Positions 1 through 8,921 of a DNA stretch of 64,000 nucleotides are shown here, piece by piece. Within the stretch, counting starts at the first letter, position 1. Every line of letters begins with the position of its first letter. Made by a program: the position numbers and the translations under genes. The notes below the pieces were generated by a model, which had not been told where the DNA came from, searched no databases, and saw only the letters and a list, made by a program, of their open reading frames with translations. The DNA is from Rhabdochlamydiaceae bacterium (GTDB lineage: Bacteria > Chlamydiota > Chlamydiia > Chlamydiales > Rhabdochlamydiaceae), in assembly GCA_035478995.1 (NCBI GenBank), contig DATIJE010000004.1, forward strand, positions 6,218 to 70,217, written 5' to 3'.

Positions 1-839
1 ATGCGCCAACAGTGTGCAGATTCATGATTGTTTGGGTCAGTACCCCCCGCTGCAACGATCAATGCTTTCCATAAGGTCCAGGCACGCCCCCGGGCCCATG
101 TTCCTTCATCAAGGGGAAGCATGTTTCGAAAGACTTCCCGGCTTTGTCCTTCGAATAAAGTCCAGGCAATCGCCAAATCGCAAGCGGGATCGCCGACCGC
201 CAGCTGACCGAAATCGATCACGGCTCTGAGGCGCCCTTCTTGCACCAATAAGTTACCGGCACTGATGTCACCATGGACCCATACTGGTGCACGACGCCAA
301 TTGGTTGAAAGGCCTGTTTCCCAGATCTCGACCGCAGCATCGGTATCAATCCGGCCCTTCAGAGCAGCAATCGCCCATCGTGTTTCGCTGTCGTAGGTCA
401 TCAGCGCTCCTCCACGATAGAAGCTATGGGGCCCCGGTAAAGGTCCCTCGCTTGGATCGATCCGTTGTAAAGCGATTAGAAATTGCGCAAGGCTGGTTGC
501 AAATGCGCACAGATCATCTATGGGCGCAAAGGCAGCAGCCTCCCCTTCAAGCCAGCGATAGATGGACCACCTCCAGGGATATCCTTCCGCCGGCTCTCCG
601 ATTGCTAATGGAACTGGAATCGAGAGCGGCAGGAAAGGCGCCAGTGTTGGCAGCCACTTGTGTTCTTTTTCCACCTGGGCCGCATATTCTACAGCACTTG
701 GCATGCGCACGAGCATGTCCTCGCCTAGATGAAATGTTCTGTTGTCCCATCCACTGAGAGCGACAGGACGAACAGAAAGATCTTTCCATTGCGGAAACTG
801 AGTCGCAACCAAACGACGCACAAGTGCGACATCGATCAT
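1..839 (-). CDS. Phosphotransferase enzyme family (APH-like aminoglycoside/small-molecule kinase). The 5' end is complete and the 3' end runs off the window.
   Basis: This ORF is not in the ORF track because it has no stop inside the window. The minus-strand ATG is at 839-837 and the frame stays open to position 3. My translation is MIDVALVRRLVATQFPQWKDL...WVHGDISAGNLLVQEGRLRAVIDFGQLAVGDPACDLA. It carries the HxDxxxxN catalytic loop and the IDFG motif of the APH/choline-kinase fold. GC content is visibly much higher than the rest of the window. Confidence 0.7.
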   Translation of the reverse strand, partial: MIDVALVRRLVATQFPQWKDLSVRPVALSGWDNRTFHLGEDMLVRMPSAVEYAAQVEKEHKWLPTLAPFLPLSIPVPLAIGEPAEGYPWRWSIYRWLEGEAAAFAPIDDLCAFATSLAQFLIALQRIDPSEGPLPGPHSFYRGGALMTYDSETRWAIAALKGRIDTDAAVEIWETGLSTNWRRAPVWVHGDISAGNLLVQEGRLRAVIDFGQLAVGDPACDLAIAWTLFEGQSREVFRNMLPLDEGTWARGRAWTLWKALIVAAGGTDPNNHESAHCWR

Positions 840-883
840 TGTTAATAGCCTATTTTCTCGAACAGCTGTTTCCAAAATTAAAA

Positions 884-910
884 GGCCGGGTTAAGTCCCG
901 GCCTTTTTTA
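884..910 (-). terminator. Rho-independent terminator downstream of csp (hairpin with flanking A/T runs, potentially bidirectional)
   Basis: Stem GGCCGGG, loop ttaagt, stem CCCGGCC. It is followed by TTTTTT on the + strand and by TTTTAATTTT on the - strand. It lies about 86 nt after the csp stop. Confidence 0.6.
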
Positions 911-995
911 TTTGATTATAGCTTTTGAAGGTCGGATAAGAACCCGCCTTTTCGTTTAAATTTGCTAAGATAAAAGTAGAATTTTTCCGATGTAG

Positions 996-1202
996 TTAGA
1001 GAATCGTCACATCAGTAGCTTCCGGCCCTTTACGTCCTTGGCCTTCTACATACTCTACTTTTTGTCCTTCGCGCATTAATTCAGGATTTCCCTGAACGTT
1101 GTTAGCATGAACAAAAAGGTCTTTTCCACCGTTGTCAGGTGTGATGAAACCAAAACCTTTTTGTGCGTTAAAAAACTTAACTGTACCTTTTGATTTAGCC
1201 AA
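996..1202 (-). CDS. cspA: Cold-shock protein (CspA family)
   Basis: 68 aa. [32 protein letters not shown] contains the RNP1 (KGFGFI) and RNP2 (DLFVH) motifs. Confidence 0.95.
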   Translation of the reverse strand: MAKSKGTVKFFNAQKGFGFITPDNGGKDLFVHANNVQGNPELMREGQKVEYVEGQGRKGPEATDVTIL

Positions 1203-1331
1203 AATCGTCTCCTTATTTCATTTACAAGAACCTTTATAATAAAAAACCCTTTTTTATTAGAAGCTATTTTTTCATCATTTTACCTTAGAACCTGTCCAAA
1301 AACTGGTAACAGCTTGGATACTCGTCCTTTT

Positions 1332-2438
1332 TTAATTCAAAATATGTACTGGGACATCTTCTTCAAAATTCAGATTCGACAGCTCGCATATAGGTTTTAA
1401 AGAGTGAGAAAAACGCACCGTTCTATTTTTCTCGAGTTGAGGAAGTATATCTAAAACAAATGGAGTAAATTCAGAATAATTTGGTGCAATGCCTAGAAGT
1501 TCCTCCAGCATGTATTTACGAAAAGCTGCTTGTTCACCCAGCTTTATAGCCATCCCCAATCGATGACGCTCATAAATTTCGTCCTTTTTCGGAGAAAAAG
1601 AGAGTTTTGCCTTATAGTCCGAGTATCCCTTAGCGCACATATAAGCGGTGATATTTCCTCCTAGCAACTGCAGTTCGATAGGAAATCCATCGATCAAATA
1701 ACAAAGTTTTATCACAGGTTCGCTAGAAAAACCACTTTCCTGAGGCAACTGTTGATTTCTGAAAGTTTTGATATTTTTAAGTGGAGCTAACCGGATACCA
1801 TTGATGAGGGCATCATATCTATTTTCGTCCTCCAATACTTTCATTTCCCAACGAATTCCTATAAAATCATCCACATAAGCTGCAAATTCTTTTTGGGTCA
1901 TCCGTTCAAATGCTTCCAAACTCATCACCTTCTTCCAGATGGAATGTGTCGATTTGATTCTATATGAAATACGATCGATTTGATGGCTTTGACATAGAAA
2001 TTCTTGAATTAACTTATCATATTTATTGATATAGTCCTTGCCAAAAAAATCCACGATTCGAGCTTCAACTGCATTGTGCAGTTGAGGAAAGAGATATTCA
2101 AAAGTCGTTTGGGCTAAACGAGAAGCTTCTTTTGTCATTCCTAATTTGTATAATATAGGCACATATAGATACCGATATTCTAAAGCCTGCTGATCCGAAG
2201 TGATTTCTGCGATAGCAAAGTGTTCAAAAAACTCATTGCCAAGTTCTTTGGCCTTACTTTGAATCAACGGTAAAAGAGTTTCTATTTGCTCTTTTTCTAA
2301 AGAGCGAAGCTCTTTATCTAAGGTATAAATATTTGAAGATTGTGGGATCATAGCTCCATGAAGGTTATTTTCGAAAGAATACATCAGAGACGAGTAAATA
2401 CTCATCAAGATGATTGCAATTAACCTATATTTAACCAT
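1332..2438 (-). CDS. RelA/SpoT-domain-like nucleotidyltransferase with an N-terminal hydrophobic signal/anchor
   Basis: YRIKSTHSIWKKV ... DDFIGIRWEMKV ... PIELQLL resembles the RxKxxxSIxxK / DxxGxR / ExQxRT strand pattern of alarmone-synthetase (PF04607-type) domains. The N-terminus is MVKYRLIAIILMSIYSSLMYS. Confidence 0.45.
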   Translation of the reverse strand: MVKYRLIAIILMSIYSSLMYSFENNLHGAMIPQSSNIYTLDKELRSLEKEQIETLLPLIQSKAKELGNEFFEHFAIAEITSDQQALEYRYLYVPILYKLGMTKEASRLAQTTFEYLFPQLHNAVEARIVDFFGKDYINKYDKLIQEFLCQSHQIDRISYRIKSTHSIWKKVMSLEAFERMTQKEFAAYVDDFIGIRWEMKVLEDENRYDALINGIRLAPLKNIKTFRNQQLPQESGFSSEPVIKLCYLIDGFPIELQLLGGNITAYMCAKGYSDYKAKLSFSPKKDEIYERHRLGMAIKLGEQAAFRKYMLEELLGIAPNYSEFTPFVLDILPQLEKNRTVRFSHSLKPICELSNLNFEEDVPVHILN

Positions 2439-2590
2439 CTAATCTATTCATTTAAATTTGGCCACAAATCATAGCTAGGATTGTCTTTTTTTGCTCTACA
2501 AAGTCCTCCATGAATCCCTCTTGTCCTTCCAAATGGATTGAAATTTTGTTTCCAGAATTTTAAGATTCCAAATGAACCGAGGATAGCTCT

Positions 2591-3052
2591 ATGTCCAAAT
2601 TCCTATTATTCTTTTTGACTCTTCTTAATGTGCATTTATCCGCTCAAAATGATGATTTGATGGAAAACTACTACCCTGACCGAACTCAAGGGGTACTTGA
2701 ACAAGCTCTAGCAAAAGGAAGCAATCAAGTTCTATGCGGAAGAATAAAAATTAAAGAAGGCGCTTTAAAAGAAGTCCATCATTGGTTTAACACCCTTTCT
2801 GAAAGAAAAGAAGAACTCATTGAAGCATTTACTCAAGAAGGAGTCTGGCTTGAATCTGTTTTCCTGGAACATACACAAAATGGCGACTACCTTATTTATT
2901 ACACTAGGCAGGATGATCTTGAAAAAGTCTATGCAATAATCGCTCTTCTGGAACTTCCTGTCCGGCTATTCCACGTTGAGTGCTGGAAAAAGTACTGCGA
3001 AGAATGCATCGTTTTAAAACCTCTATTCGATCTTCAAAGAACAAGTCATTAA
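2591..3052 (+). CDS. Hypothetical secreted protein
   Basis: 153-aa ORF with signal peptide MSKFLLFFLTLLNVHLSA. I recognised no family. Confidence 0.5.
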   Translation: MSKFLLFFLTLLNVHLSAQNDDLMENYYPDRTQGVLEQALAKGSNQVLCGRIKIKEGALKEVHHWFNTLSERKEELIEAFTQEGVWLESVFLEHTQNGDYLIYYTRQDDLEKVYAIIALLELPVRLFHVECWKKYCEECIVLKPLFDLQRTSH

Positions 3053-3072
3053 TCTAAAGAGGCAAATAACAC

Positions 3073-3690
3073 CTACGGAAACGTAGTGGGATCGTCAAAG
3101 AGAAGCTCTTGTAAAATAGGGTTTACGATGGCAGGAGGATTTGGCGCCGGAAAAGTCATGACCCAGACGAGATCGAAGCGATTTGGGTACGTGGGTACGA
3201 TACCTGCAGGAGGAACATATCCAAACGCCTGTATGAGGGCAGCGATGAATGTGTGATGCCAGCAGATCACGATATTTTTTCCATTAAAACGTGGCTCGTT
3301 GAGAATGGATCGCGCCAACTGCTGCTCTTGCCCAGGGCCATAGGGCGAATGGATCGGTAGTTGTAGTTTTAGCGCAGTAGGCACAAGCGTTTGAATGCAG
3401 CGTACCGTGAAATCATCGGAACGTTGCACTGGCCTGGATGCAAAAAGGGCAAAAGGAACTCCGTAGTTAAAAAGAACTACATTAGTAAGACCTGCTGAAC
3501 CTACAAAACCCGGCTCATTGTTTGGTTCCGTCAAATAAGAAGATAACGCCTCTACCCGTTCAACGCCAGCGCTGGTCAGCTCTCCTGTGATGGTGTTTTT
3601 TTCCCCATGACGCACAATGATCACCTGTCCTGGAAGACCATACGCAGTCCCTAGATAAAGCGTCATCAGGATTATCAGGGTTGTTTTCAT
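3073..3690 (-). CDS. Histidine phosphatase superfamily protein (phosphoglycerate-mutase-like), secreted
   Basis: It has the RHGE catalytic motif (VIIVRHGEKN), a downstream ICWHH histidine, and signal peptide MKTTLIILMTLYLGTAYG. Confidence 0.65.
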   Translation of the reverse strand: MKTTLIILMTLYLGTAYGLPGQVIIVRHGEKNTITGELTSAGVERVEALSSYLTEPNNEPGFVGSAGLTNVVLFNYGVPFALFASRPVQRSDDFTVRCIQTLVPTALKLQLPIHSPYGPGQEQQLARSILNEPRFNGKNIVICWHHTFIAALIQAFGYVPPAGIVPTYPNRFDLVWVMTFPAPNPPAIVNPILQELLFDDPTTFP

Positions 3691-3705
3691 AAGTACCTCG
3701 TAAAA

Positions 3706-4734
3706 TTAAAAATCGAAACGGACTGAAAATGTGACGCCTTGAGTTGAAAGATTTCGATTTTCCGGAACAAGGTCAAAATCGTCTTTTTTAAGCTCAAATT
3801 GATGAACAAAGATGTGGTATTCCCAATCTGTCTTAAAGGTCAAGGCGTACCGTTCATCACAAAAAAGGACCTTCCACTGTACTCCTGCAGCAAAGTCCGC
3901 GATCCAACGGAACCGATTCAGATGTTCATGATTGGAAAAATGGATCGTGTCGAGATAGGTCTCTTTCTGATGGATTTTAAAAAAACCATAAAGACCGGAT
4001 ATTGCCGCCTCTGCATTGAGACTAAGTCCGTTCCAGACAATGAACCTTGGAGCAATACCCACTCGTGGGCCCAATCCCCAATAATTGTTCTTCATCTTGA
4101 TAAAATCAGTACCGTTCAGAGAGATGCCCGGTTCGATAATCCCGATTAAAAACATTCCTCCTTCATAGACAACGTCCCCGTGCTGTTTAATCCATGCAGA
4201 GCGCAGCCCAAAAAAAGGATTGAGATCGAGTCGATGAAACACATTGAGATATCTGCCGAATTGCACATCTATCATATTGATAGTGAATTTCCAATTCAGT
4301 TTGGACTCGAAAACGTAATCGCCTGCGATCACATCATCAGCCATAGACCAAATGGGAAACGTGCCAATAAATGCGCTGTCATGGCTGGACCGATGCTGAG
4401 AGACATGGGAAGTAAAATGAGTCCAACTCGATTCGACATTCCAAAGATTGCAAGGAAAGAGATAACCTCCACTTATGCGATACCCAAGGCTCCAATGGAA
4501 ACGGGGATGGACTACAGGCGCTTGAGTAAAATCAGTCGTGGTAAAGACATCCGATTCTTTATTTGTCGCCACCAAAGCCCGTTCCCAAGGCTTCCAATAA
4601 AGGATATCGACCCCTATCCAAACGTCGACACCGTCTTTTACAGCGGGATAATAAGAATTGATGAGAGAAGTAGAATCGGATGCAGAGAGCACAGCACAGG
4701 TCAGCGCGGCGCATGTTAAAATAATTCTTTTCAT
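3706..4734 (-). CDS. Outer-membrane beta-barrel protein (Legionella-MOMP-like porin)
   Basis: It has a signal peptide. The DILYWKPWE and GYRISGGY motifs are typical of the Legionella/chlamydia-like MOMP family. Alternating aromatic beta-strand pattern and a C-terminal Phe (VRFDF). Confidence 0.55.
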   Translation of the reverse strand: MKRIILTCAALTCAVLSASDSTSLINSYYPAVKDGVDVWIGVDILYWKPWERALVATNKESDVFTTTDFTQAPVVHPRFHWSLGYRISGGYLFPCNLWNVESSWTHFTSHVSQHRSSHDSAFIGTFPIWSMADDVIAGDYVFESKLNWKFTINMIDVQFGRYLNVFHRLDLNPFFGLRSAWIKQHGDVVYEGGMFLIGIIEPGISLNGTDFIKMKNNYWGLGPRVGIAPRFIVWNGLSLNAEAAISGLYGFFKIHQKETYLDTIHFSNHEHLNRFRWIADFAAGVQWKVLFCDERYALTFKTDWEYHIFVHQFELKKDDFDLVPENRNLSTQGVTFSVRFDF

Positions 4735-4872
4735 AAATAAAAATTACGAAAAGAAACGAATTAAGGCAAGCTACTATCAACTTGAGCATGCAAAGCAACG
4801 AAGAAAAATAGTTGTCTATAAATTGCTGATTTACCTAATTGATATTTAAGATGGCGTTACTGTGAAATTTCT

Positions 4873-5529
4873 ATGATCCGTTCTGTTTTTCTGTTTTTAA
4901 TATTCACATATTTTCCTTTCGCAAGCGTGTACGGAGTTGTGTACATTTCTCTGGGAGGTTCCTGTTGGCCGGCCATTCATTTAAGAAACTTTGGCTTAAG
5001 AACTCAGGCCTACCCCTTCGATTGGATCATGACTATGCACGATGACTTGTACAACGTTCTTGAAGATGATTTTGAATTTTTTCTAACTGATTGGAAGCTA
5101 CGCCCTAATCAAAATGATGTAATTAATTATTATGGCATTCCTTTTACTCACGACTGGGTAACTACTGAATTTCATGATGAAGATGTGATAGACTTTAGAA
5201 CTGTTTCTTATGAAGGCTGGGAAACAAGTTGTCCATCTGTCCATGCAAAGTATCAAAGAAGAATAGAGAGATTTAGAAGCGCATGTTTGGGACAAGAAAA
5301 AGTTGTCTTCGTCAGGGCTGAATTTGTAACCCAAGCTCAATCTGTAATTTTAAGAGATTTTTTCAGAATAAAATATCCAGCTTTGGATTTCATTTTGGTC
5401 GTTATCAAAGATGACGAAAGTTTTGAAACACCTTGGGGGATAGACAGGGTTAAGAATTTTCGCTGTGATATTTATGATGAAAAATCCTGGGAAAATATAT
5501 TCAAAGTTCTATTGCCTAATGAGTTATAA
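4873..5529 (+). CDS. DUF1796-type putative papain-like cysteine peptidase, secreted
   Basis: ISLGGSCWPAIHLRNFGLRTQAYPFDW matches the N-terminal signature I recall for DUF1796. Signal peptide is MIRSVFLFLIFTYFPFASVYG. Confidence 0.5.
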   Translation: MIRSVFLFLIFTYFPFASVYGVVYISLGGSCWPAIHLRNFGLRTQAYPFDWIMTMHDDLYNVLEDDFEFFLTDWKLRPNQNDVINYYGIPFTHDWVTTEFHDEDVIDFRTVSYEGWETSCPSVHAKYQRRIERFRSACLGQEKVVFVRAEFVTQAQSVILRDFFRIKYPALDFILVVIKDDESFETPWGIDRVKNFRCDIYDEKSWENIFKVLLPNEL

Positions 5530-5575
5530 AATAACTGATATTTGCAAAGAATGAACTTGTCTAATATCAAACTCT

Positions 5576-5602
5576 GGCAGCCGAGTTACCGGCTGCCTTT
5601 TA
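5576..5602 (+). terminator. Hairpin terminator between convergent genes
   Basis: Stem GGCAGCCG, loop agttac, stem CGGCTGCC, followed by TTTTATAT. Confidence 0.45.
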
Positions 5603-5608
5603 TATAGT

Positions 5609-6667
5609 CTATTTTTTTTGGCCGACGATGTAGTAAGTTGTCGTTACGAGACGAAGCCTGTCTGCTTCGACCAAGGTTTCTCCGTCTTTTGTGAGACGAT
5701 CGAAAAGAGCTTTGAAGTGCGCAGGAAGGATTTTTGTGCGTACGAGAAAATTGATCAACTTGGTGACACGAGTAAAAAATTTGTCCGCATTTTCAATAAG
5801 AGGTGCCTGCAGTCCATCAATGCTGGGATTTTCTTCAATAAGAATCTCGAAACCAGCCGCTTTCATAAGATTCACGTATTCTTTTGTAGAGGGTGTCCCA
5901 ATGGCTCCAATCAGAGGTTTAATCCGTCTCATCAATTCGGCATGATAGGGATCTTTTGGATCGTATTTTTCAAGACTGACCCAGTCAAGACACGCGAACT
6001 TCCCACCAGGCTTGAGCATTCGGTAAATTTCTTTGAATAGTTTCAGAAGATCTTTAGAAAGGCTGAAGACCTGAATTTGGTAGATCGCATCCAGAGAGTT
6101 ATCTTCAAATGGGAAGGGAATTTCATTGAGGTCCCATTGTTTGAATTCACATTGCTGAGACATGTTCTTTGAGGCAGCGAACTTTCTGGCAGCTTCCAAC
6201 TGACTGAGATCGATATTAACACCAGTGACGTGAGCGCCAGTGTGAGAAGCGACATGATTTGCGACCCTTCCTCTCCCACATCCTACGTCCAAAACCTGGT
6301 TTCCTTTACTGATCCCTAGATCCTGGCACATTTTCTTTTCGAACAAAGTTTGATTAGCAATGATGTTTTTGGATAGATCCATGGCAGGTGGAATATACAT
6401 TTTTTCGACCTGTCCGATAGAACAAAGATGATTTAAAACACTGTAATAGTCGACGAGCTTTCTCTTGATTTCTTGGTAGTAATCGGCTCCCATTTTCTCT
6501 ATCAATTGTTTTTCATCGCTCCAGTCATGATCATAGATATTATAAGAATTGAGAAAAGCATCGACCTTTTCAGGAGGCAATTTGTATAAAGCCTTCAATG
6601 ATTTTGCAATCGTGGACATCCTATATAACCCAAATTCCAACTTGTTTTTCATTTTAGACAACGGCAT
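5609..6667 (-). CDS. Class I SAM-dependent methyltransferase, sterol-24-C-methyltransferase (ERG6/SMT)-like architecture
   Basis: VLDVGCGRGRVANHVA (motif I), LKPGGKFACLDWV, YDPKDPYHAELMRRIKPLIGAIGTP and AGFEIL are collinear with ERG6 blocks ([53 protein letters not shown]). A C-terminal extension follows. Confidence 0.5.
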   Translation of the reverse strand: MPLSKMKNKLEFGLYRMSTIAKSLKALYKLPPEKVDAFLNSYNIYDHDWSDEKQLIEKMGADYYQEIKRKLVDYYSVLNHLCSIGQVEKMYIPPAMDLSKNIIANQTLFEKKMCQDLGISKGNQVLDVGCGRGRVANHVASHTGAHVTGVNIDLSQLEAARKFAASKNMSQQCEFKQWDLNEIPFPFEDNSLDAIYQIQVFSLSKDLLKLFKEIYRMLKPGGKFACLDWVSLEKYDPKDPYHAELMRRIKPLIGAIGTPSTKEYVNLMKAAGFEILIEENPSIDGLQAPLIENADKFFTRVTKLINFLVRTKILPAHFKALFDRLTKDGETLVEADRLRLVTTTYYIVGQKK

Positions 6668-6752
6668 GACCCTCTCCGGTTTTCTGATAGTCAGTTTTTG
6701 TAAAAAGCATTTAAGATTTAACTTTTTTTACTCTTTTAACAAAGATGAAAAA

Positions 6753-6800
6753 TATACCCAAGTAAATTCAAGAATTGATTTTTGAGTTTGCTTGGGTATA
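6753..6800. repeat. 10-bp perfect inverted repeat in a divergent promoter region
   Basis: TATACCCAAG (6753-6762) and CTTGGGTATA (6791-6800), separated by 28 nt. It lies between the SMT-like gene and the 6919 gene. Confidence 0.4.
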
Positions 6801-6918
6801 AATGCTCGTAATTCTTATAGAGCAAGTCGGATTCCTATACAGGTTCGATAAAAATACTTTGAATCCAATACACTTTTTGTAGACAATGCCGTTCCAAATA
6901 TGCACAAGGGTTTGAATC

Positions 6919-7635
6919 ATGCGTAAGATAGTGTTTTTTCTTTTTTTGGTTGGATTTGCAAATGTCTTGAATGGAGAAATCCGTTTTACTCATAGAGTAG
7001 ATGATTATTCCACTCATCAACCCGTTCTTTTTGAAATGGCGATGAGGACCGAAGGGCCCATCATTGAATTTGGATGCGGAAACGGAAGTACAGATTTATT
7101 GCATGAAATTTGCAAAAAGAACGGCCGGTTGCTTATTTCTATAGATGATGATTTCGAATGGCTGCAAAAATTTAGCCAAAAATACCGGGGCGATGGGTAC
7201 GAAGAAGATAATTCAGGTTGGCATAAATTCTTTTTTGTCCCAGGAAAAAATGTCAACAATCATGAAGATTGTGGATATTGGATTCATTTTTTAGACAATT
7301 GTCAATTGCTGAAAGAAACGCATTTCGATCTTTGTTTTGTCGATCAATCCCCATGGTTAGCAAGAATAGAAACGATAAAACGTTTTAAACACAAATCCAG
7401 ATATATTATTTTGCACGACTGCGATTTTTACCCAGTCCATAAAGTCTGTGGAAAAACGGTCAAGATGACAGACTATAAAAACAGCATTCCTGGGATTTAT
7501 GACTTCAGCGATCTTTTACCACACTTTAAGCTATACTACCCTCTTCATCCATGGCCCCTATTCAGCGGCCCGCCTACCCTATTGGGAAGTGAGTTTGAAT
7601 CGGACTTTCCGGATATCAATTACAATGATTATTGA
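6919..7635 (+). CDS. Secreted Rossmann-fold methyltransferase-like protein, distantly similar to the 31930 ORF
   Basis: IIEFGCGNGST (GxGxG) ... CFVDQSPWLARIETIK ... IILHDCDF. The layout matches 31930 (FLEFGIGYGT ... AFVDPGFHMRGD ... IVAHDTNY). Signal peptide is MRKIVFFLFLVGFANVLNG. Confidence 0.4.
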   Translation: MRKIVFFLFLVGFANVLNGEIRFTHRVDDYSTHQPVLFEMAMRTEGPIIEFGCGNGSTDLLHEICKKNGRLLISIDDDFEWLQKFSQKYRGDGYEEDNSGWHKFFFVPGKNVNNHEDCGYWIHFLDNCQLLKETHFDLCFVDQSPWLARIETIKRFKHKSRYIILHDCDFYPVHKVCGKTVKMTDYKNSIPGIYDFSDLLPHFKLYYPLHPWPLFSGPPTLLGSEFESDFPDINYNDY

Positions 7636-7641
7636 GGATGC

Positions 7642-8154
7642 TTAAGATACCTTTGCTTCATGGGCCAGCAACCACCTCTTTTTGTCTAAACCTCCTGCAT
7701 ATCCGCCAATCTCACCATTTGCTTGAATGACTCTGTGGCAGGGAATGAGAATAGCCAATCGATTGGCCCCATTTGCTTGGGCAGCAGCTCGGACGGCTAA
7801 AGGTTTTCCAATTGCGTTTGCAACCGCAGAATAAGAACGGGTTTCTCCAGGGCGAATCTGTTGCAGCTCGGACCATACCTGTCTTTGGAATGGAGTTCCA
7901 AATATCGCGATAGGCGTTTTAAAATGGATACGGCCATCTTTGAAATATTGGTCGAGCTCCTTTTCAATAGATCTTATGGGATCTGTACATCCAGTCTCAA
8001 TTGTCGAATGCGTTCTGTTTCGGAACCTTTCAATGTTCCTTTCTAAATTCCGTCGATCGATAAATTCGAGCAAGCAGAGAGCTTGCTCATCGGCGATAGC
8101 AAGCATCTGGCCCAGAGGGGTGTCAATCCTTTTTGACGAGAAAATAATAGGCAC
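7642..8154 (-). CDS. ogt: Methylated-DNA--protein-cysteine methyltransferase
   Basis: The C-terminal part reads TPFQRQVWSELQQIRPGETRSYSAVA ... LAILIPCHRVIQANGEIGGYAGG, with the PCHRV active site. The track ORF (to 8505) overlaps the upstream gene. I prefer the GTG at 8154, 2 nt after the upstream stop. An alternative ATG is at 8106. Confidence 0.85.
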   Translation of the reverse strand: MPIIFSSKRIDTPLGQMLAIADEQALCLLEFIDRRNLERNIERFRNRTHSTIETGCTDPIRSIEKELDQYFKDGRIHFKTPIAIFGTPFQRQVWSELQQIRPGETRSYSAVANAIGKPLAVRAAAQANGANRLAILIPCHRVIQANGEIGGYAGGLDKKRWLLAHEAKVS

Positions 8155-8155
8155 A

Positions 8156-8743
8156 CTAACCTTCGGGTTGTTCTTCTTTAAACGCGGCTTGATAGCCTTC
8201 GGCGTAACCCGCTTTTTGTCCGTCAGCGTAGCCGCTATTATAGATATCGGTAGCATTTTTGTGACTTTCCATACGGCCTTCGCTGAAGCCATCGCTATAG
8301 CCGTCTCCGTAGGAATCATTGTGGAGTTGAACGATGCAGTCCGCTGGGTGCAAAGCAATTGCAAATAAGACTTGTCCTGTTCTCGTATTGACCAGCAAAT
8401 GTGTGCATTGCTTGAGGTCATCTTGATTAGATGCATTCGCTTCGTCGACTTCCAGATTTTCATATTTAGAATAAACCTCAATGTTGGTACCCAAATACCA
8501 ATCATTGGGAACGCATTCGTAATTTTTAGGGACTAGTTGCACCTTGCGCCACCATTCCTTGATACTTCGCCATCTTTTGGAAAAAGCGATCGTTTTCCAA
8601 CAGCTACCATCAGAAAGAACAAAGTACCCATTCGTGTTTTGCAAGATCACCTTTGATGAAAGTATTTCGACTTTTTCGGGAAAATTTGCATGAATGACTG
8701 AACAACTCAAGACAGTGGCAATGCCCAATAACCATTTTCTCAT
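8156..8743 (-). CDS. Hypothetical secreted protein with a C-terminal DGY/GxxxG (Yae1-like) repeat
   Basis: Signal peptide is MRKWLLGIATVLSCSVIHA. The C-terminal repeats are YGDGYSDGFSEG and YADGQKAGYAEGY. Confidence 0.5.
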   Translation of the reverse strand: MRKWLLGIATVLSCSVIHANFPEKVEILSSKVILQNTNGYFVLSDGSCWKTIAFSKRWRSIKEWWRKVQLVPKNYECVPNDWYLGTNIEVYSKYENLEVDEANASNQDDLKQCTHLLVNTRTGQVLFAIALHPADCIVQLHNDSYGDGYSDGFSEGRMESHKNATDIYNSGYADGQKAGYAEGYQAAFKEEQPEG

Positions 8744-8921
8744 TGTGACTCCTCAAGACCTACAATAAAATCTAATTAATTTCGAAAAGTTTACAGAAGT
8801 GCTCTATATCCATCCAGTCAAAAAATGCTCAAAAATATGGAATGGTTGCATTGGAAAAATGTTTTACGATTATCCCGCGATGATTTAGCATGCCTGCACA
8901 AAATACGATAAAGGAATATTT

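Noticed and set aside
14-789. Track ORFs 14..229(+), 287..757(+) and 547..789(-) in the GC-rich left edge
   Set aside because: They are low-complexity, Arg/Pro-rich wrong-frame or wrong-strand readings of the APH-like gene. The frame starting at 839(-) gives a coherent kinase sequence with catalytic motifs.
3799-4798. ORFs 3799..4149(+), 4180..4719(+) and 4559..4798(-) overlapping the porin gene
   Set aside because: They are antisense or alternative-frame ORFs within a gene that has strong beta-barrel features. None has a recognisable motif.
8155-8505. N-terminal 117 aa of the 287-aa track ORF 7642..8505
   Set aside because: This part lies entirely inside the well-supported secreted-protein gene 8156..8743 in another frame. 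The Ogt homology only begins around RIDTPLG, so I shortened the gene to a GTG at 8154.
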